Source: a virus
IMG/VR virus record: IMGVR_UViG_3300025237_000001
Coordinates: 133,359 to 197,358 of that record
DNA length: 64,000 nt
Reading direction: 5' to 3' (one strand)
The notes under the pieces were generated by a model. That model saw only the letters and a list, made by a program, of their open reading frames with translations, made no database searches and was not told where the DNA came from. Below are positions 21,008 to 31,608 of this stretch, one piece after another (positions within the stretch are counted from its first letter, which is position 1; the number at the start of each line of letters is the position of its first letter). The position numbers and the translations under genes were made by a program.

Positions 21008-21597
21008 AATCTATGTTCTACATAATTTCTTAAGGTTCTCCAATCTAAATCACTAATACCATGATAACCTTTATCTTTGTATATTCGATTTACAGTTTCC
21101 CTTGGAAGGTCTTTATATTGAGTTGCAATTTGTTCCGCTTCATAACTATGAACCTCACTAATTACAACTACAGGTATGCTTTCACACCCTAATTCCATTG
21201 CAGCTAACGCTCTATGTCTACCCTCTTGGGCACCACTATGGCTATTCTTATACCACCCTATTGGAAACTTATCACCGTTTTTCATATCTTGAGCATATTT
21301 CTTAACTGTATCCCAATTGATTGCACTACTTTTCATTGCACTATCATAAGACATCCCAAAACCTCTCGCTATAGCTGTCATATAACTTTTTGGTGATATG
21401 TATTTTATTTCATTACGTTCACCTTTCTCGAATTCATAATACAAAGGATGGTTAAGTCCACCAAAGTTACCACCAGCTTGTGAGAATGTAAAATCAAAAT
21501 ATGTACAACAATCGCAAGACTCTTGTGTTACATCTTCCATGAATAACATTTCAGATTCATTTAAAACGCTTTCTAATAGGTTTGTTAGCTTTATCAT
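21004..21597 (-). CDS. ParB/Srx-like domain protein
   Basis: KFPIGW..QEGRHRALAA..IPVVV motif. Confidence 0.65.
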   Translation of the reverse strand: MIKLTNLLESVLNESEMLFMEDVTQESCDCCTYFDFTFSQAGGNFGGLNHPLYYEFEKGERNEIKYISPKSYMTAIARGFGMSYDSAMKSSAINWDTVKKYAQDMKNGDKFPIGWYKNSHSGAQEGRHRALAAMELGCESIPVVVISEVHSYEAEQIATQYKDLPRETVNRIYKDKGYHGISDLDWRTLRNYVEHRL

Positions 21598-21669
21598 TAA
21601 TAAACTTCTTTTTAATAAATATTTGGTTTTATGGTAAAAATTAAGTATAATTGCAATTAAAGTAAATTA

Positions 21670-22644
21670 ATGGTAAATAAAAAAGAGCTAATTAAAATTG
21701 GTGAAGAAATAAGAGCACTGATTGAGGTTAAGCAAAAGGAGTTAAATTTGACATTTGTTGAAGATACTCACACTTACCACATTAAAACGTTAGAGGGGAA
21801 AATGACAACAAAATTCCCTTCGGTGTCAACAGTAATTAAACAGTTTTATAATGAATTCCCAGATTTAGAGAAATCATTACAGATGTCACAGAATGATATC
21901 CATGACCAAGATAGATTACTTAAACAATGGAGAGCCGAAGCTGATTATGCTAATTCTAAGGGGTCTAGAGTGCATTATCTATTAGAAATGGACCTACTGG
22001 CTCAATATGGAAGTTACAAAAAGGTTAGGAAACCTTTTTTTGAATGTGATGAGACTCAGATAAATGATGGTAATGCCATGATTGATGCTGGACACAAGTT
22101 TATCAACTTAATGCATCGTAGAGGTGCAATATTATTGGATACTGAAATTGTGTTGGGTAGTAGTGAATTAAAATATACTGGACAACCAGATAAGGTTTGG
22201 CTTATGTTCAATAAGAAAGGTGAAGTAGGTTTTGTAATTACAGATTGGAAAACCAATAAAGCAAAAAACTTTGAGGTACATCACTATACAGACCCTATGT
22301 TATATCCGTTTAAAGAATATATGGATACAGCTTTAGCGCATTATAGAATTCAATTACCTTTATACGGTAGATTGATTTTAGACATGTTAAAGGGAACTAA
22401 GTATGAGGATATGAAAATGTTTGGATGTGTAATTGTACATTTAACATCTGAAGGTAAATTCAAGGAACTTAGAGTTCCAGCGAAATTTATAAACACTGTA
22501 ATGACAATGCCACCATTACCAAGAATTGATGAAGTCTGGCAAAAGAAAAAGGATGACATCATCGCAGAAGAAAGAAGAGTAGAGGAATTAATTAATCCAA
22601 CACCACCTGTCATAAAGACTGGTGAATGGTGGGAGAACCATTAA
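21670..22644 (+). CDS. PD-(D/E)xK exonuclease
   Basis: PSVST, GSRVH, GQPD, ITDWKT and QLPLY motifs. Confidence 0.8.
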   Translation: MVNKKELIKIGEEIRALIEVKQKELNLTFVEDTHTYHIKTLEGKMTTKFPSVSTVIKQFYNEFPDLEKSLQMSQNDIHDQDRLLKQWRAEADYANSKGSRVHYLLEMDLLAQYGSYKKVRKPFFECDETQINDGNAMIDAGHKFINLMHRRGAILLDTEIVLGSSELKYTGQPDKVWLMFNKKGEVGFVITDWKTNKAKNFEVHHYTDPMLYPFKEYMDTALAHYRIQLPLYGRLILDMLKGTKYEDMKMFGCVIVHLTSEGKFKELRVPAKFINTVMTMPPLPRIDEVWQKKKDDIIAEERRVEELINPTPPVIKTGEWWENH

Positions 22645-22656
22645 AAAAAAAAAGAT

Positions 22657-22845
22657 ATGAAAAAAATGATAGGAAAGGGTTTAGATATAATGTTAACATT
22701 ATTAAGTATGATAGCATTTTGTGTAGTAATGTTTGTTTGGGTATTTTTTCCAGAGAAGTTCGTTGAGTTACCTACAAACGATTTAATTATATTCGTATTG
22801 ATGATAATAATTGGGCTTATGCCTGAAAAAAAAATATTCACATGA
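22657..22845 (+). CDS. small membrane protein
   Basis: Two hydrophobic segments. Confidence 0.5.
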   Translation: MKKMIGKGLDIMLTLLSMIAFCVVMFVWVFFPEKFVELPTNDLIIFVLMIIIGLMPEKKIFT

Positions 22846-23153
22846 TAAAGATATTAAAATCAACATTAAAAGCGAAGTCTTACGGACAAAACGTTTTAGA
22901 TTTACAAAAAAATGAAATTATGATGAGTTCAAAATTAATGGACGCTCTTGATATTATAGAAGGTGAAATAGTTGAAGTTAGGTCACCTAGTGGTGTATTT
23001 AACGCTTATATAACAAAAGGTACTGAAGATAGACTTGAATTACTATTTGGTGGTATTGTATGTGGTAATGTAATAATAAGTTCATATAAATATATGAACC
23101 AAGAATCGGCTTTATTAAATAAACCGATAAGATTAGTAAAATATAATGATTAA
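22842..23153 (+). CDS. degenerate PanD (aspartate decarboxylase)-like protein
   Basis: Colinear similarity to PanD (LKS, LMDALDIIEGEIVEV, NAYITKG, VIISSY..KP) but no Gly-Ser autocleavage site. Confidence 0.55.
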   Translation: MIKILKSTLKAKSYGQNVLDLQKNEIMMSSKLMDALDIIEGEIVEVRSPSGVFNAYITKGTEDRLELLFGGIVCGNVIISSYKYMNQESALLNKPIRLVKYND

Positions 23154-23958
23154 AAAAATAATACATGTTGCTGATATTCACATTAGAACGTTCAGAATGC
23201 ATGAAGAATACAAAGAAATATTTCAAATACTAATAGACGAAGCAAAAGAATATTGTAAAGATTATAAACATGAAGAAATAAGAATTGCTATTGTAGGTGA
23301 TTTAGTACATCAGAAGATTACAATTTCAAATGAACAACTAATTCTTAGCTGTTGGTTCTTAAACGAACTGTCTAAGATTGGTAAAGTGGTTATCATAGCT
23401 GGTAATCATGATTTATTAGAGAATAATAAAGATAGGGTTGATAGTATATCACCAATGATTCAATTATTGGATAATCCTAACATAGCTTATTACAAAGAGA
23501 GTACCTGTTATGAGGACCACAATATTGTTTGGTGTAACTATTCAATATTTGAACATAATGAAAGACCCAATATTGAAGATGGTAGAAAACAATATGGTGA
23601 TGATAAGACCTATATTGGGTTGTATCACGCACCACTAGTAGGAGCGTCAACCGACATAGGATATCATTTTGATGAAGGAACTTCGTTAGAGATATTTGAA
23701 GGTTGTGATATGGTTCTATTAGGTGACATTCACAAAAGACAACATTTCGAACATAAAGGAATACCAATAGCGTACCCATCGTCACTTATTCAACAGAATT
23801 TTGGTGAATCGGTAGGTAAACATGGTTATTTGATATGGGATGTTGAATCTAGAACATGCGTTGAAAGGGATATCACCAATAGACATGGATTTTACCAATT
23901 CAAAATAAAATCGTTGGATGATATCGAAAACGGAACTGAAAAATTAACAAATGGATAA
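23146..23958 (+). CDS. SbcD/Mre11-like metallophosphoesterase nuclease
   Basis: ADIH, GDLVH, GNHD, LGDIH motifs; partner ATPase downstream. Confidence 0.85.
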   Translation: MIKKIIHVADIHIRTFRMHEEYKEIFQILIDEAKEYCKDYKHEEIRIAIVGDLVHQKITISNEQLILSCWFLNELSKIGKVVIIAGNHDLLENNKDRVDSISPMIQLLDNPNIAYYKESTCYEDHNIVWCNYSIFEHNERPNIEDGRKQYGDDKTYIGLYHAPLVGASTDIGYHFDEGTSLEIFEGCDMVLLGDIHKRQHFEHKGIPIAYPSSLIQQNFGESVGKHGYLIWDVESRTCVERDITNRHGFYQFKIKSLDDIENGTEKLTNG

Positions 23959-24334
23959 ACAAACAGAAATTTACGACAAATGGCGTATCATTGGTATGCT
24001 AGAGGGTTTAATATTTAAAAACCAAGTCAAATTAGCCAATGCGTATGAGCATATGGCAAAAATCTTATTAGCAGACGCTGAAAAAGAGATAAGATTTTAT
24101 AATGATGATATTGACACAATAGGTTTCCCAGTTTTACGAAGGTATTTCGGGTTAAATCTAGGTATTGAACTAACCAATGAACTTGTTGAGGACATCCTTA
24201 AAGAATTACATAAATACCAAACATCGGATTTCTACACAGAAGGAAAGTTAAAGTTAAATTTAATTTTTGATTCAGGGTTGGATATGGAAGCGATTTTATT
24301 AAAGGTTTTTTGTGAAGATATATACGGACAATAA
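23951..24334 (+). CDS. hypothetical protein
   Basis: Coupled 127-aa ORF. Confidence 0.5.
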   Translation: MDKQTEIYDKWRIIGMLEGLIFKNQVKLANAYEHMAKILLADAEKEIRFYNDDIDTIGFPVLRRYFGLNLGIELTNELVEDILKELHKYQTSDFYTEGKLKLNLIFDSGLDMEAILLKVFCEDIYGQ

Positions 24335-24335
24335 T

Positions 24336-24542
24336 ATGGAAAAATTAGAATTTAATGAATGGTTAGATAAGTATTTTGAGAAAGACGATGACCACGCTTA
24401 TTACACATGGACATATACAGATGACGGTATGCACCCTAATGATAAATCAAGATGGAAAGATTTAGATTTATTAGAAGAATTCGAAAGGTATTTTTTTAAT
24501 AACAATGAAAGTCATGTAGGATTAGATGAATACGATGAATAA
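24336..24542 (+). CDS. hypothetical acidic protein
   Basis: ATG at 24336 follows upstream stop. Confidence 0.5.
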   Translation: MEKLEFNEWLDKYFEKDDDHAYYTWTYTDDGMHPNDKSRWKDLDLLEEFERYFFNNNESHVGLDEYDE

Positions 24543-24543
24543 T

Positions 24544-24672
24544 ATGGAAGACTCAAAAGAAATAGTGGCTATGATTCACACGTTGGTACAAAAGTACCCA
24601 AATGATTATAAACTTGGGGAAGCAGTTCGAGAATATATTAATTGCGACATAAATCACGACAGTTTGTCGTGA
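24544..24672 (+). CDS. small hypothetical protein (42 aa, not in ORF track)
   Basis: MEDSKEIVAMIHTLVQKYPNDYKLGEAVREY...; fills the gap in an operon. Confidence 0.5.
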   Translation: MEDSKEIVAMIHTLVQKYPNDYKLGEAVREYINCDINHDSLS

Positions 24673-24693
24673 TAAAATAAAACATAAAAAGTT

Positions 24694-25278
24694 ATGATAA
24701 CAGGTACAACAATAAACGTGGATGAAACTCTTAAAGAGTTTAATAAGAGGGTTAATAAGATGCTCGATGAAAAGATAGAGGCTTCGAATAAATTGAACAT
24801 TGAAATTCGTATATTGAGATGGGAAAAACGTCTTACTAAGAAACAATATAAAAAGTACTTGAGAGGTAAATTACAACCATTTGATGCTTTAGATGTTACG
24901 GATATCATAAGAGAGCGAGAGTTTAGATATAGTTTTGCTCAGGGTGAAATTGTTAAAATTGATTGGAAGATGTTAAGTTCATCGCAACAAGAGTTTTTTA
25001 TTGAATTAAAAGATATGCACGCTGTGGTAACAAAATGCTTCTCAGATTTACACGCTTTCGGTCAAGGTTCAGCTTATGACCATGATTTAGAATTTGCAAA
25101 TGGTGAATTTTCACCAAAAAAACCATTTGTGTACGACTTATTCACATTTAAACCAGTAGGTAGAGTTCCAACATATGCAATCATACCAATTAGTGAGAAA
25201 GAACAAAAGTATTATATTAAGGAATTTAAAAAAAGAAAACCCAATCAAAAATTGTGGTGGTATAATAATGATTTATAA
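24694..25278 (+). CDS. hypothetical protein
   Basis: 194-aa ORF. Confidence 0.5.
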   Translation: MITGTTINVDETLKEFNKRVNKMLDEKIEASNKLNIEIRILRWEKRLTKKQYKKYLRGKLQPFDALDVTDIIREREFRYSFAQGEIVKIDWKMLSSSQQEFFIELKDMHAVVTKCFSDLHAFGQGSAYDHDLEFANGEFSPKKPFVYDLFTFKPVGRVPTYAIIPISEKEQKYYIKEFKKRKPNQKLWWYNNDL

Positions 25279-25759
25279 AAAACTTTTACAAGAAATAGAA
25301 GACTATTGTAATCTTAATGAGATTGAGGTCACTAAAACGTTAAATGAGGCACTTAGAAGTGGGTTTACCATACTTAAGTTCGGAATACCTAATAGTACGT
25401 CAAATCCTATTGAAAAGACTGTAGAAGTCATTAAAGAGGTTATTAAAGAAGTGGAAGTCATCAAAGAAGTAGAAATTGAGAAGATAGTAGAAAGAATAGT
25501 AGAAGTTCCTGTCGATAAGATTGTGGAGAAAAGTATTAATATCAATGTTGATGGTCACAATGTAAATTACATGGATTACATAGAACAACTAAACACTAAG
25601 GTTAGTGCTTTGGAAGTTAATAATAAAAAGATAGGTAAAAAATTATCTGACAGTACTTTAAAAAGTGGTGGGCTGGAAAAAGATTTATTAGAATGTAAGA
25701 TAAAACTTACAGCTTGCCTTAAAGATAATAGTGGCTTCGACTTATACGGAGAAAGATAA
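25268..25759 (+). CDS. coiled-coil hypothetical protein with EVIK-type repeats
   Basis: ATG at 25268; EVIKEVIKEVEVIKEVE repeats. Confidence 0.5.
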   Translation: MIYKKLLQEIEDYCNLNEIEVTKTLNEALRSGFTILKFGIPNSTSNPIEKTVEVIKEVIKEVEVIKEVEIEKIVERIVEVPVDKIVEKSININVDGHNVNYMDYIEQLNTKVSALEVNNKKIGKKLSDSTLKSGGLEKDLLECKIKLTACLKDNSGFDLYGER

Positions 25760-28107
25760 TGGATACAAATATAACAATACCGAAGTACGCCAAAATAAAA
25801 GTATATTGGGACGACAGACCTGAGAATTATTCTAGGCAAGCCAAATTAAATGTACGAAATTACTTCAGCACCAAGTACGGTGTTAATAAAAATAATATAA
25901 ACGTAATATATAGACCAATTAAGATTGGTAAGAATGGTGAGGTGATTCAAATTAGCGGTGCTGGTATTGAGAACATTCTTGACCGTAATTACCAAGTTGA
26001 ATTAATGAAGAAATGGTTTGAGCGTGAAGGTAAAGATATTGATTTCAAACGTATATTAGACTTAGATAGGAAAGTTAATGATTCATTAGATAACCAAGCT
26101 GAGATTGTGAACAACCGTTCATGGGAATTGAAGTGGTTATACGTTGATAACTTTCTATGCTTTGGTGAGAAAAACTTCGCATCATTTGGTAACTTGAATG
26201 GATTAAATATTATAACCTCGGAACCACCGAATCAAGGTGGTAAGACGACTTTTAGTGTGGATGCGATTAAATTCCTATTATTTGGTAAGACTACTAAAAC
26301 CGATAAGAACGAGCAAATTTTTAACACCTATACTGATAAGAACGAGTTGGTTGTTAGAGGTATGATAGAAATCGATGGTGAGGAAATGATAGTTGAAAGA
26401 TTATTAACTCGTAAAGAGAAAAGAAGTGGTGGTTGGAATGTAGTTAATAAAGTGAATTATTATAAGATACTCCCTGATGGTGAGGAACTGTTAATGAATG
26501 ATGTAGATTCTAAACAAACTGGTGAGGTTATTAAAAGTAACATTGGAAGTGAAAATGATTTTGATATTACAATCTTAGCAACAGCTAGAAACTTAGAAGA
26601 TTTAATTGATGCTAAACCGACTGAGAGTGGTAGGTTATTAACGAAATTTATTGGATTAGAAGTTATTGAGAATAAAGAAATCATCGCTAAGAAGATGAAC
26701 TCAGATTTCAATAAGACTAAAAAAGGTAATCATTATGATGCTGTAACGTTATTAAGTAATAACACAACTCTTGGTGAGAACGTTGTATTATATACCGAGC
26801 ATTTAAATATGCATAAATCAAATCTAGATGATTCAGAAAAATTGATTATAAGATTAGATACTGAAAAGGAACGTTTACTTCATAGTAAATTAACGGTGGA
26901 TGTTGAGATATTTCAACTGAACCCAGAAACTATTCAACGAGATATTGATACAATCACTGAACGTGGGTTAGAGTTTAAAACTAGGATTACAGGGTACGAT
27001 ACTAAAATAGTTGAAATCAAAGATGTTACATATGATGAATATTTATATGATACACTTGAGAAGAAAAGTAGAGAATTAACTATCAAAATCGGTGGTTTAG
27101 AAAATGATATGTCACAATTTGGTAGGGTTATTGACGACTTAGAACAAGGTGAGATATGTCAATCATGCAACAGAACTTTAGATGATGTAGATAATACTGA
27201 ATCAATTAAGGACTATAAAGGGAAGGTTGGAAGAACGAAACTTCAAATTGAAGGGTCAACTATTGAATTGACCAAAACCGATGATTCTATATCTAAAATG
27301 AAAGATAATAGAGAAACTGTTGATAGACGACATAGATTAGAATTGGAGAAGGATAAGGCTGAAGTTGAAATTGGTTCTTTACGAAATAAAATAATTGCTA
27401 AGAATGGTGATTTAAAGAAATATAAAGCCAATGAAGAGGCTATTAAGACCAATATTAACATTGATGCTGACATTTCGGCAGTGAAAACGGACCTTATTAT
27501 CCAAAATAGGACTAAGGATGAAGTAACACAAAAAATATACACAACAGAGTCATCAATTAAGACCGCTGAAGAACAAGTTGTTGTAAATACTGGGTTATTA
27601 GTTACACTTAAGAAAGAAGAAGAAATTGAGAAGATTTTTAAGGTTTACTTAGAAATGGTAGGTAAGAAAGGGATTAGTAAATTAGTTCTTAGGTCAGTTT
27701 TACCAATTATTAATTCAGAGTTACAAAGACTATTGGATGATGTATGTGATTTTGAGGTTGAGTTAGTAATGAATGATAAGAATGAAGTGGAGTATCACAT
27801 AATTAAGAGTGATGTTGTGAAATTACTTAAATCTGGTAGTGGTTTAGAAAGAACCATCTCTAGTTTAGCCTTAAGATGTGTCTTAGGGAAGATTTCACAT
27901 TTACCAACACCTAATTTCATTACTTTTGATGAAGTATTAGGTAAAGTAGCTGCAATTAACATTGAGAAGATTAAACCAATGTTTGAAAAAATAAGAAATA
28001 TGTTTGACATAGTATTCTTCATCTCACATAATGATTTGGTGAAAGATTGGGGAGATAACATAATAACAATCAATAAGGTAAATGACATCTCATCGATTAA
28101 CCTATAA
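25759..28107 (+). CDS. SbcC/Rad50-like SMC ATPase
   Basis: Walker A NQGGKTT, CQSC zinc hook, SGSGLE signature, TFDE Walker B, ISH motif. Confidence 0.9.
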   Translation: MDTNITIPKYAKIKVYWDDRPENYSRQAKLNVRNYFSTKYGVNKNNINVIYRPIKIGKNGEVIQISGAGIENILDRNYQVELMKKWFEREGKDIDFKRILDLDRKVNDSLDNQAEIVNNRSWELKWLYVDNFLCFGEKNFASFGNLNGLNIITSEPPNQGGKTTFSVDAIKFLLFGKTTKTDKNEQIFNTYTDKNELVVRGMIEIDGEEMIVERLLTRKEKRSGGWNVVNKVNYYKILPDGEELLMNDVDSKQTGEVIKSNIGSENDFDITILATARNLEDLIDAKPTESGRLLTKFIGLEVIENKEIIAKKMNSDFNKTKKGNHYDAVTLLSNNTTLGENVVLYTEHLNMHKSNLDDSEKLIIRLDTEKERLLHSKLTVDVEIFQLNPETIQRDIDTITERGLEFKTRITGYDTKIVEIKDVTYDEYLYDTLEKKSRELTIKIGGLENDMSQFGRVIDDLEQGEICQSCNRTLDDVDNTESIKDYKGKVGRTKLQIEGSTIELTKTDDSISKMKDNRETVDRRHRLELEKDKAEVEIGSLRNKIIAKNGDLKKYKANEEAIKTNINIDADISAVKTDLIIQNRTKDEVTQKIYTTESSIKTAEEQVVVNTGLLVTLKKEEEIEKIFKVYLEMVGKKGISKLVLRSVLPIINSELQRLLDDVCDFEVELVMNDKNEVEYHIIKSDVVKLLKSGSGLERTISSLALRCVLGKISHLPTPNFITFDEVLGKVAAINIEKIKPMFEKIRNMFDIVFFISHNDLVKDWGDNIITINKVNDISSINL

Positions 28108-28146
28108 AAATTTGGTTTTGTAGGAAAAATGTAGTATAATTGTAAG

Positions 28147-28632
28147 ATGGAGAATAGAAATTATTGTATAATAGTTATGGATAATACCTCAAAAGTTGAA
28201 GAAGATTTGGAATTTATAATCACTGAACCTTTGAGGATTGTTAATAATAAAAAAGATACAGTCATAGTAGCAACGTTTAAGACACCACTTAGTCCGTTTA
28301 AGATTAAGAAGGCTTTAAACGTTGGGGATAAAAGAAGTTTTTTTATATTTGAACTGGACGCAGAAAGTTGTGCGGCTCATATTGATGAAGAACATCTTCA
28401 AGAATTCCTATTCGGAACTTTAGATGGTGATACGGAAGTATTGGTTGAAGAAGAAAATAGAGAATTTCTAGAGGAACATAGTGGGTCAGAGTTACCATAT
28501 AGGTATAACGAAAATGAGCTGTTGAACCTCACTGAGGTAGAAAGAGAATTATTAATAGATAAGTTATTAAATAATGTTAAAACCCTCACCAATAACCAGA
28601 AGAAATCATTAAGTTTTCTGGCAAGTTTATAA
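28147..28632 (+). CDS. hypothetical protein
   Basis: 161-aa ORF. Confidence 0.5.
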   Translation: MENRNYCIIVMDNTSKVEEDLEFIITEPLRIVNNKKDTVIVATFKTPLSPFKIKKALNVGDKRSFFIFELDAESCAAHIDEEHLQEFLFGTLDGDTEVLVEEENREFLEEHSGSELPYRYNENELLNLTEVERELLIDKLLNNVKTLTNNQKKSLSFLASL

Positions 28633-28641
28633 TAAGGTGAA

Positions 28642-29424
28642 ATGAAAGAAAGTACAATAACTAATAGAACAGACACTATTAGCAAATATTTTAAAGATGT
28701 GAATAAATCAAGTTTATTATCATTAGAAGATGAAACAAAATTAGCGATAAGAATTCAAGATGGTGATAAAACCGCCATCGATGAATTAGTAGAAGCTAAT
28801 CTAAAATTTGTAATCAGCGTAGCAAAAGGTTATCAAGGTCTTGGGTTACCATTATCAGATTTAATAAGTGAAGGAAATTTAGGGTTAATCAAAGCCGCTA
28901 ATAGGTTTGACCATACAAGAGGGTTCAAATTTATTTCATATGCGGTACATTGGATTAAACAAACGATTATGCAAAGTCTAAATGACAACTCAAGAATGAT
29001 TAGGTTACCAGCAAACATTATCAATAAAATATCACAAAGTAATAGAGAGTTATTAAATGATGTCGGTGAGTTAGAAAAAGAATACCCAAGTTGTGTATCA
29101 TTGAACACCCCGATTGGTGAGTTCAATGGATATGAATTAGGTGATATGCTTGAGGATGATAGTGTTGACACACTTGATGTATTAACACACGAAACTGAAA
29201 AATTAAAGAATATTGTTCATAAAACATTAAATTGTTTGGATGAACGTGAAAGAGGAATAATTGAATGTTACTTTGGATTGAATACACACTGTGAACCTAT
29301 GACGTTAGAAGCGATAGGTGATAAGTATGATTTAACTAAAGAACGTATAAGACAAATTAAAGAAAAGGCTATTAGGCGTTTAAGACATAATAATATTGAG
29401 CTATTTACCTTAATTAATTCATAA
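28642..29424 (+). CDS. sigma-70 family RNA polymerase sigma factor
   Basis: LVEANLKFV, DLISEGNLGLIKA..RFD..RGFKFISYAVHWI, TLEAIG..LTKERIRQI. Confidence 0.95.
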   Translation: MKESTITNRTDTISKYFKDVNKSSLLSLEDETKLAIRIQDGDKTAIDELVEANLKFVISVAKGYQGLGLPLSDLISEGNLGLIKAANRFDHTRGFKFISYAVHWIKQTIMQSLNDNSRMIRLPANIINKISQSNRELLNDVGELEKEYPSCVSLNTPIGEFNGYELGDMLEDDSVDTLDVLTHETEKLKNIVHKTLNCLDERERGIIECYFGLNTHCEPMTLEAIGDKYDLTKERIRQIKEKAIRRLRHNNIELFTLINS

Positions 29425-29453
29425 TTGTCGATATTTATATAAAAACAAAAATT

Positions 29454-30548
29454 ATGAAATTACATTTTGGACATTTATTAGGAGTTGTAGCTCTGTTTAT
29501 CGCTGCGTGTGCAGCATTCTTTTCAGTATATGGTATTGGAATGTTATTTTCTGGTGCTATGTTAGCCGTAATTATTATGGGTTCTTCATTAGAACTAGGA
29601 AAATTAGTTGCCGCTAGTTACTTACAAAGATATTGGAGTTCAACTAGTTGGTTAATTAAAACATATCTAGTTCTAGCTATTACAGTGTTAATGGGAATTA
29701 CATCAGGTGGAATCTACGGATTCTTATCATCAGCTTATCAAGAAACATTTCAAAAGTTGGCGTTAAGTCAAAATGAGATAGCATTTCTAGAAACTAAAAA
29801 AGATTTCTTTGGTGCTGATGTTACTAGATACGATAAGGAGTTAGAAAGAATATCAGGAAACATATCAGAACTTTCAAACGCTAAAACGAACAACATTCAA
29901 ATTAAAGATACTACATCCAGTACTGGATTTAGAAATACAATATCAACATCAGGATTACGTCTAGCTCAAAAAAGAATTGAAGCTGAAGAAGTAAATCGTG
30001 AAAAAATGATGGATAAACGTACAATAGCCGCAGATTCATTACAGAAATATCAATTAGCTATATTAAACAAACAAAATAGCGATGAAACATCAAGTGAACT
30101 AGGACCGTTGCTTTACATATCTAAATTATTAGATATGCCTATGGATAAGGTGGTTAACTATTTTATATTAGTATTCATTATTGTATTTGACCCATTAGCT
30201 GTGATATTAATAGTTGCAACCAATAGAGTATTTGCTCAAGAAAAAATTAAGAGGGATGGTGAAATACCAAAAGAACCTAAAAAATTAAAAGAACCTAAAA
30301 AATCTATTTTTAAGAGAATGGGTAATTTTATGAAAAGTGACAAACCTAAAACTCTTAAAGTTGTCCCTGAACCAACACCCGCTCCAACACCCGCTCCAGA
30401 GGTTGTAGCACCAGTAATCAGAACTAATCAAGCTCAGGTAACTAATCATAAGGATGGTATTAAACGAGAAGAGATTAAGGAAATTAGGGAGAATACGAAT
30501 AAGAATAGAAACTTTACTAGAAATATACCAGCAAGGCGTGGACATTAA
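29454..30548 (+). CDS. membrane coiled-coil protein
   Basis: Three N-terminal TM segments, coiled coil, FDPLAV TM segment. Confidence 0.55.
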   Translation: MKLHFGHLLGVVALFIAACAAFFSVYGIGMLFSGAMLAVIIMGSSLELGKLVAASYLQRYWSSTSWLIKTYLVLAITVLMGITSGGIYGFLSSAYQETFQKLALSQNEIAFLETKKDFFGADVTRYDKELERISGNISELSNAKTNNIQIKDTTSSTGFRNTISTSGLRLAQKRIEAEEVNREKMMDKRTIAADSLQKYQLAILNKQNSDETSSELGPLLYISKLLDMPMDKVVNYFILVFIIVFDPLAVILIVATNRVFAQEKIKRDGEIPKEPKKLKEPKKSIFKRMGNFMKSDKPKTLKVVPEPTPAPTPAPEVVAPVIRTNQAQVTNHKDGIKREEIKEIRENTNKNRNFTRNIPARRGH

Positions 30549-31155
30549 TAACGATTATAAATTAAAAGATTTATCATATTTTAAAAAAAAATATAAGAAG
30601 CAACAAATAGTGATAGGTAATTCACTAAACGTTGGTTTAGAACATTTTGACATTTGGAATAAAAAGATAAGTGGAAAGTATAAAGGGACTAGTCCATATA
30701 CAATAGGATTAGATGGGGTCATATATGAACATTATGACCCTATTTATTATTCCTCATTTTTAAAAGATGAGGTATTGGATAAAAGAATTATTTCAATAGT
30801 CTTAGAAAATGAAGGTTGGCTAACTAAGGATTTCAACAAAAAACAGTTTATTATGTGGAACGGTTCTATTTATAATAGAAACGAGGCTTTATTTGAAAGA
30901 AAGTGGAGAGGAAAACTCCATTGGGCACCGTACACTGATGAACAGATGGAAAGTTTAGTGTTATTATGTAACCACTTAACAGAGAAATTTAACATTCCAA
31001 AAGAAGTTTCATCGGATAATATTAAAATAAATGATTATAGACTCAAAAAGGGTGTATATTTTAGGAGTAATTACTCTAAGAATTACTTAGATGTATCTCC
31101 AGCCTTTAATTTTAATTACTTAAAGGAAAAACTAGAAAATGATGAAAATAAATGA
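30538..31155 (+). CDS. N-acetylmuramoyl-L-alanine amidase-like (Amidase_2 fold, degenerate Zn ligands)
   Basis: YTIGLDGVIYE, SIVLEN, YTDEQMESLVLL; probable GTG start at 30538. Confidence 0.55.
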   Translation: MDINNDYKLKDLSYFKKKYKKQQIVIGNSLNVGLEHFDIWNKKISGKYKGTSPYTIGLDGVIYEHYDPIYYSSFLKDEVLDKRIISIVLENEGWLTKDFNKKQFIMWNGSIYNRNEALFERKWRGKLHWAPYTDEQMESLVLLCNHLTEKFNIPKEVSSDNIKINDYRLKKGVYFRSNYSKNYLDVSPAFNFNYLKEKLENDENK

Positions 31156-31597
31156 ACATGACATAACTAGAGGTATGTTAAACACTATCAGACAAGATAG
31201 GTTTATCAATGAAAACCTTGATAATACTACTACTTCGGATGAAGAAGAGTTAACATCAGCTGAGTTAAGTGAGCAACAAACAAACTTTAGAAAGACGGTT
31301 TCACCTAGAGTGGAATTTACTGGGTTTAAAGTTTACCCTAAGAATAAAAACGTTGTGTTTTCAGGTAAATTTGAAAACATGGGTGGTTTAGAATGGGAAT
31401 TCACATTAGAAGATACTCATGGATTATATATTTCAGCTAACAACGTTCCATTTAGTGATGACACAATTGAAACTATCAAAAAGCTTAAGGGTTTTTATGA
31501 TAACTGGGCTGATGAATGGGCTGAAAAATTAGCAACTGAATACAATAGAGAAACTCAAGAAGGTGAACAAGAAGTTCAAAATTCAGATGTGGTGTAA
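31139..31597 (+). CDS. hypothetical protein (possible head-internal protein)
   Basis: 152-aa ORF with INE-type leader motifs. Confidence 0.5.
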   Translation: MMKINEHDITRGMLNTIRQDRFINENLDNTTTSDEEELTSAELSEQQTNFRKTVSPRVEFTGFKVYPKNKNVVFSGKFENMGGLEWEFTLEDTHGLYISANNVPFSDDTIETIKKLKGFYDNWADEWAEKLATEYNRETQEGEQEVQNSDVV

Positions 31598-31608
31598 ATA
31601 ACATTATT

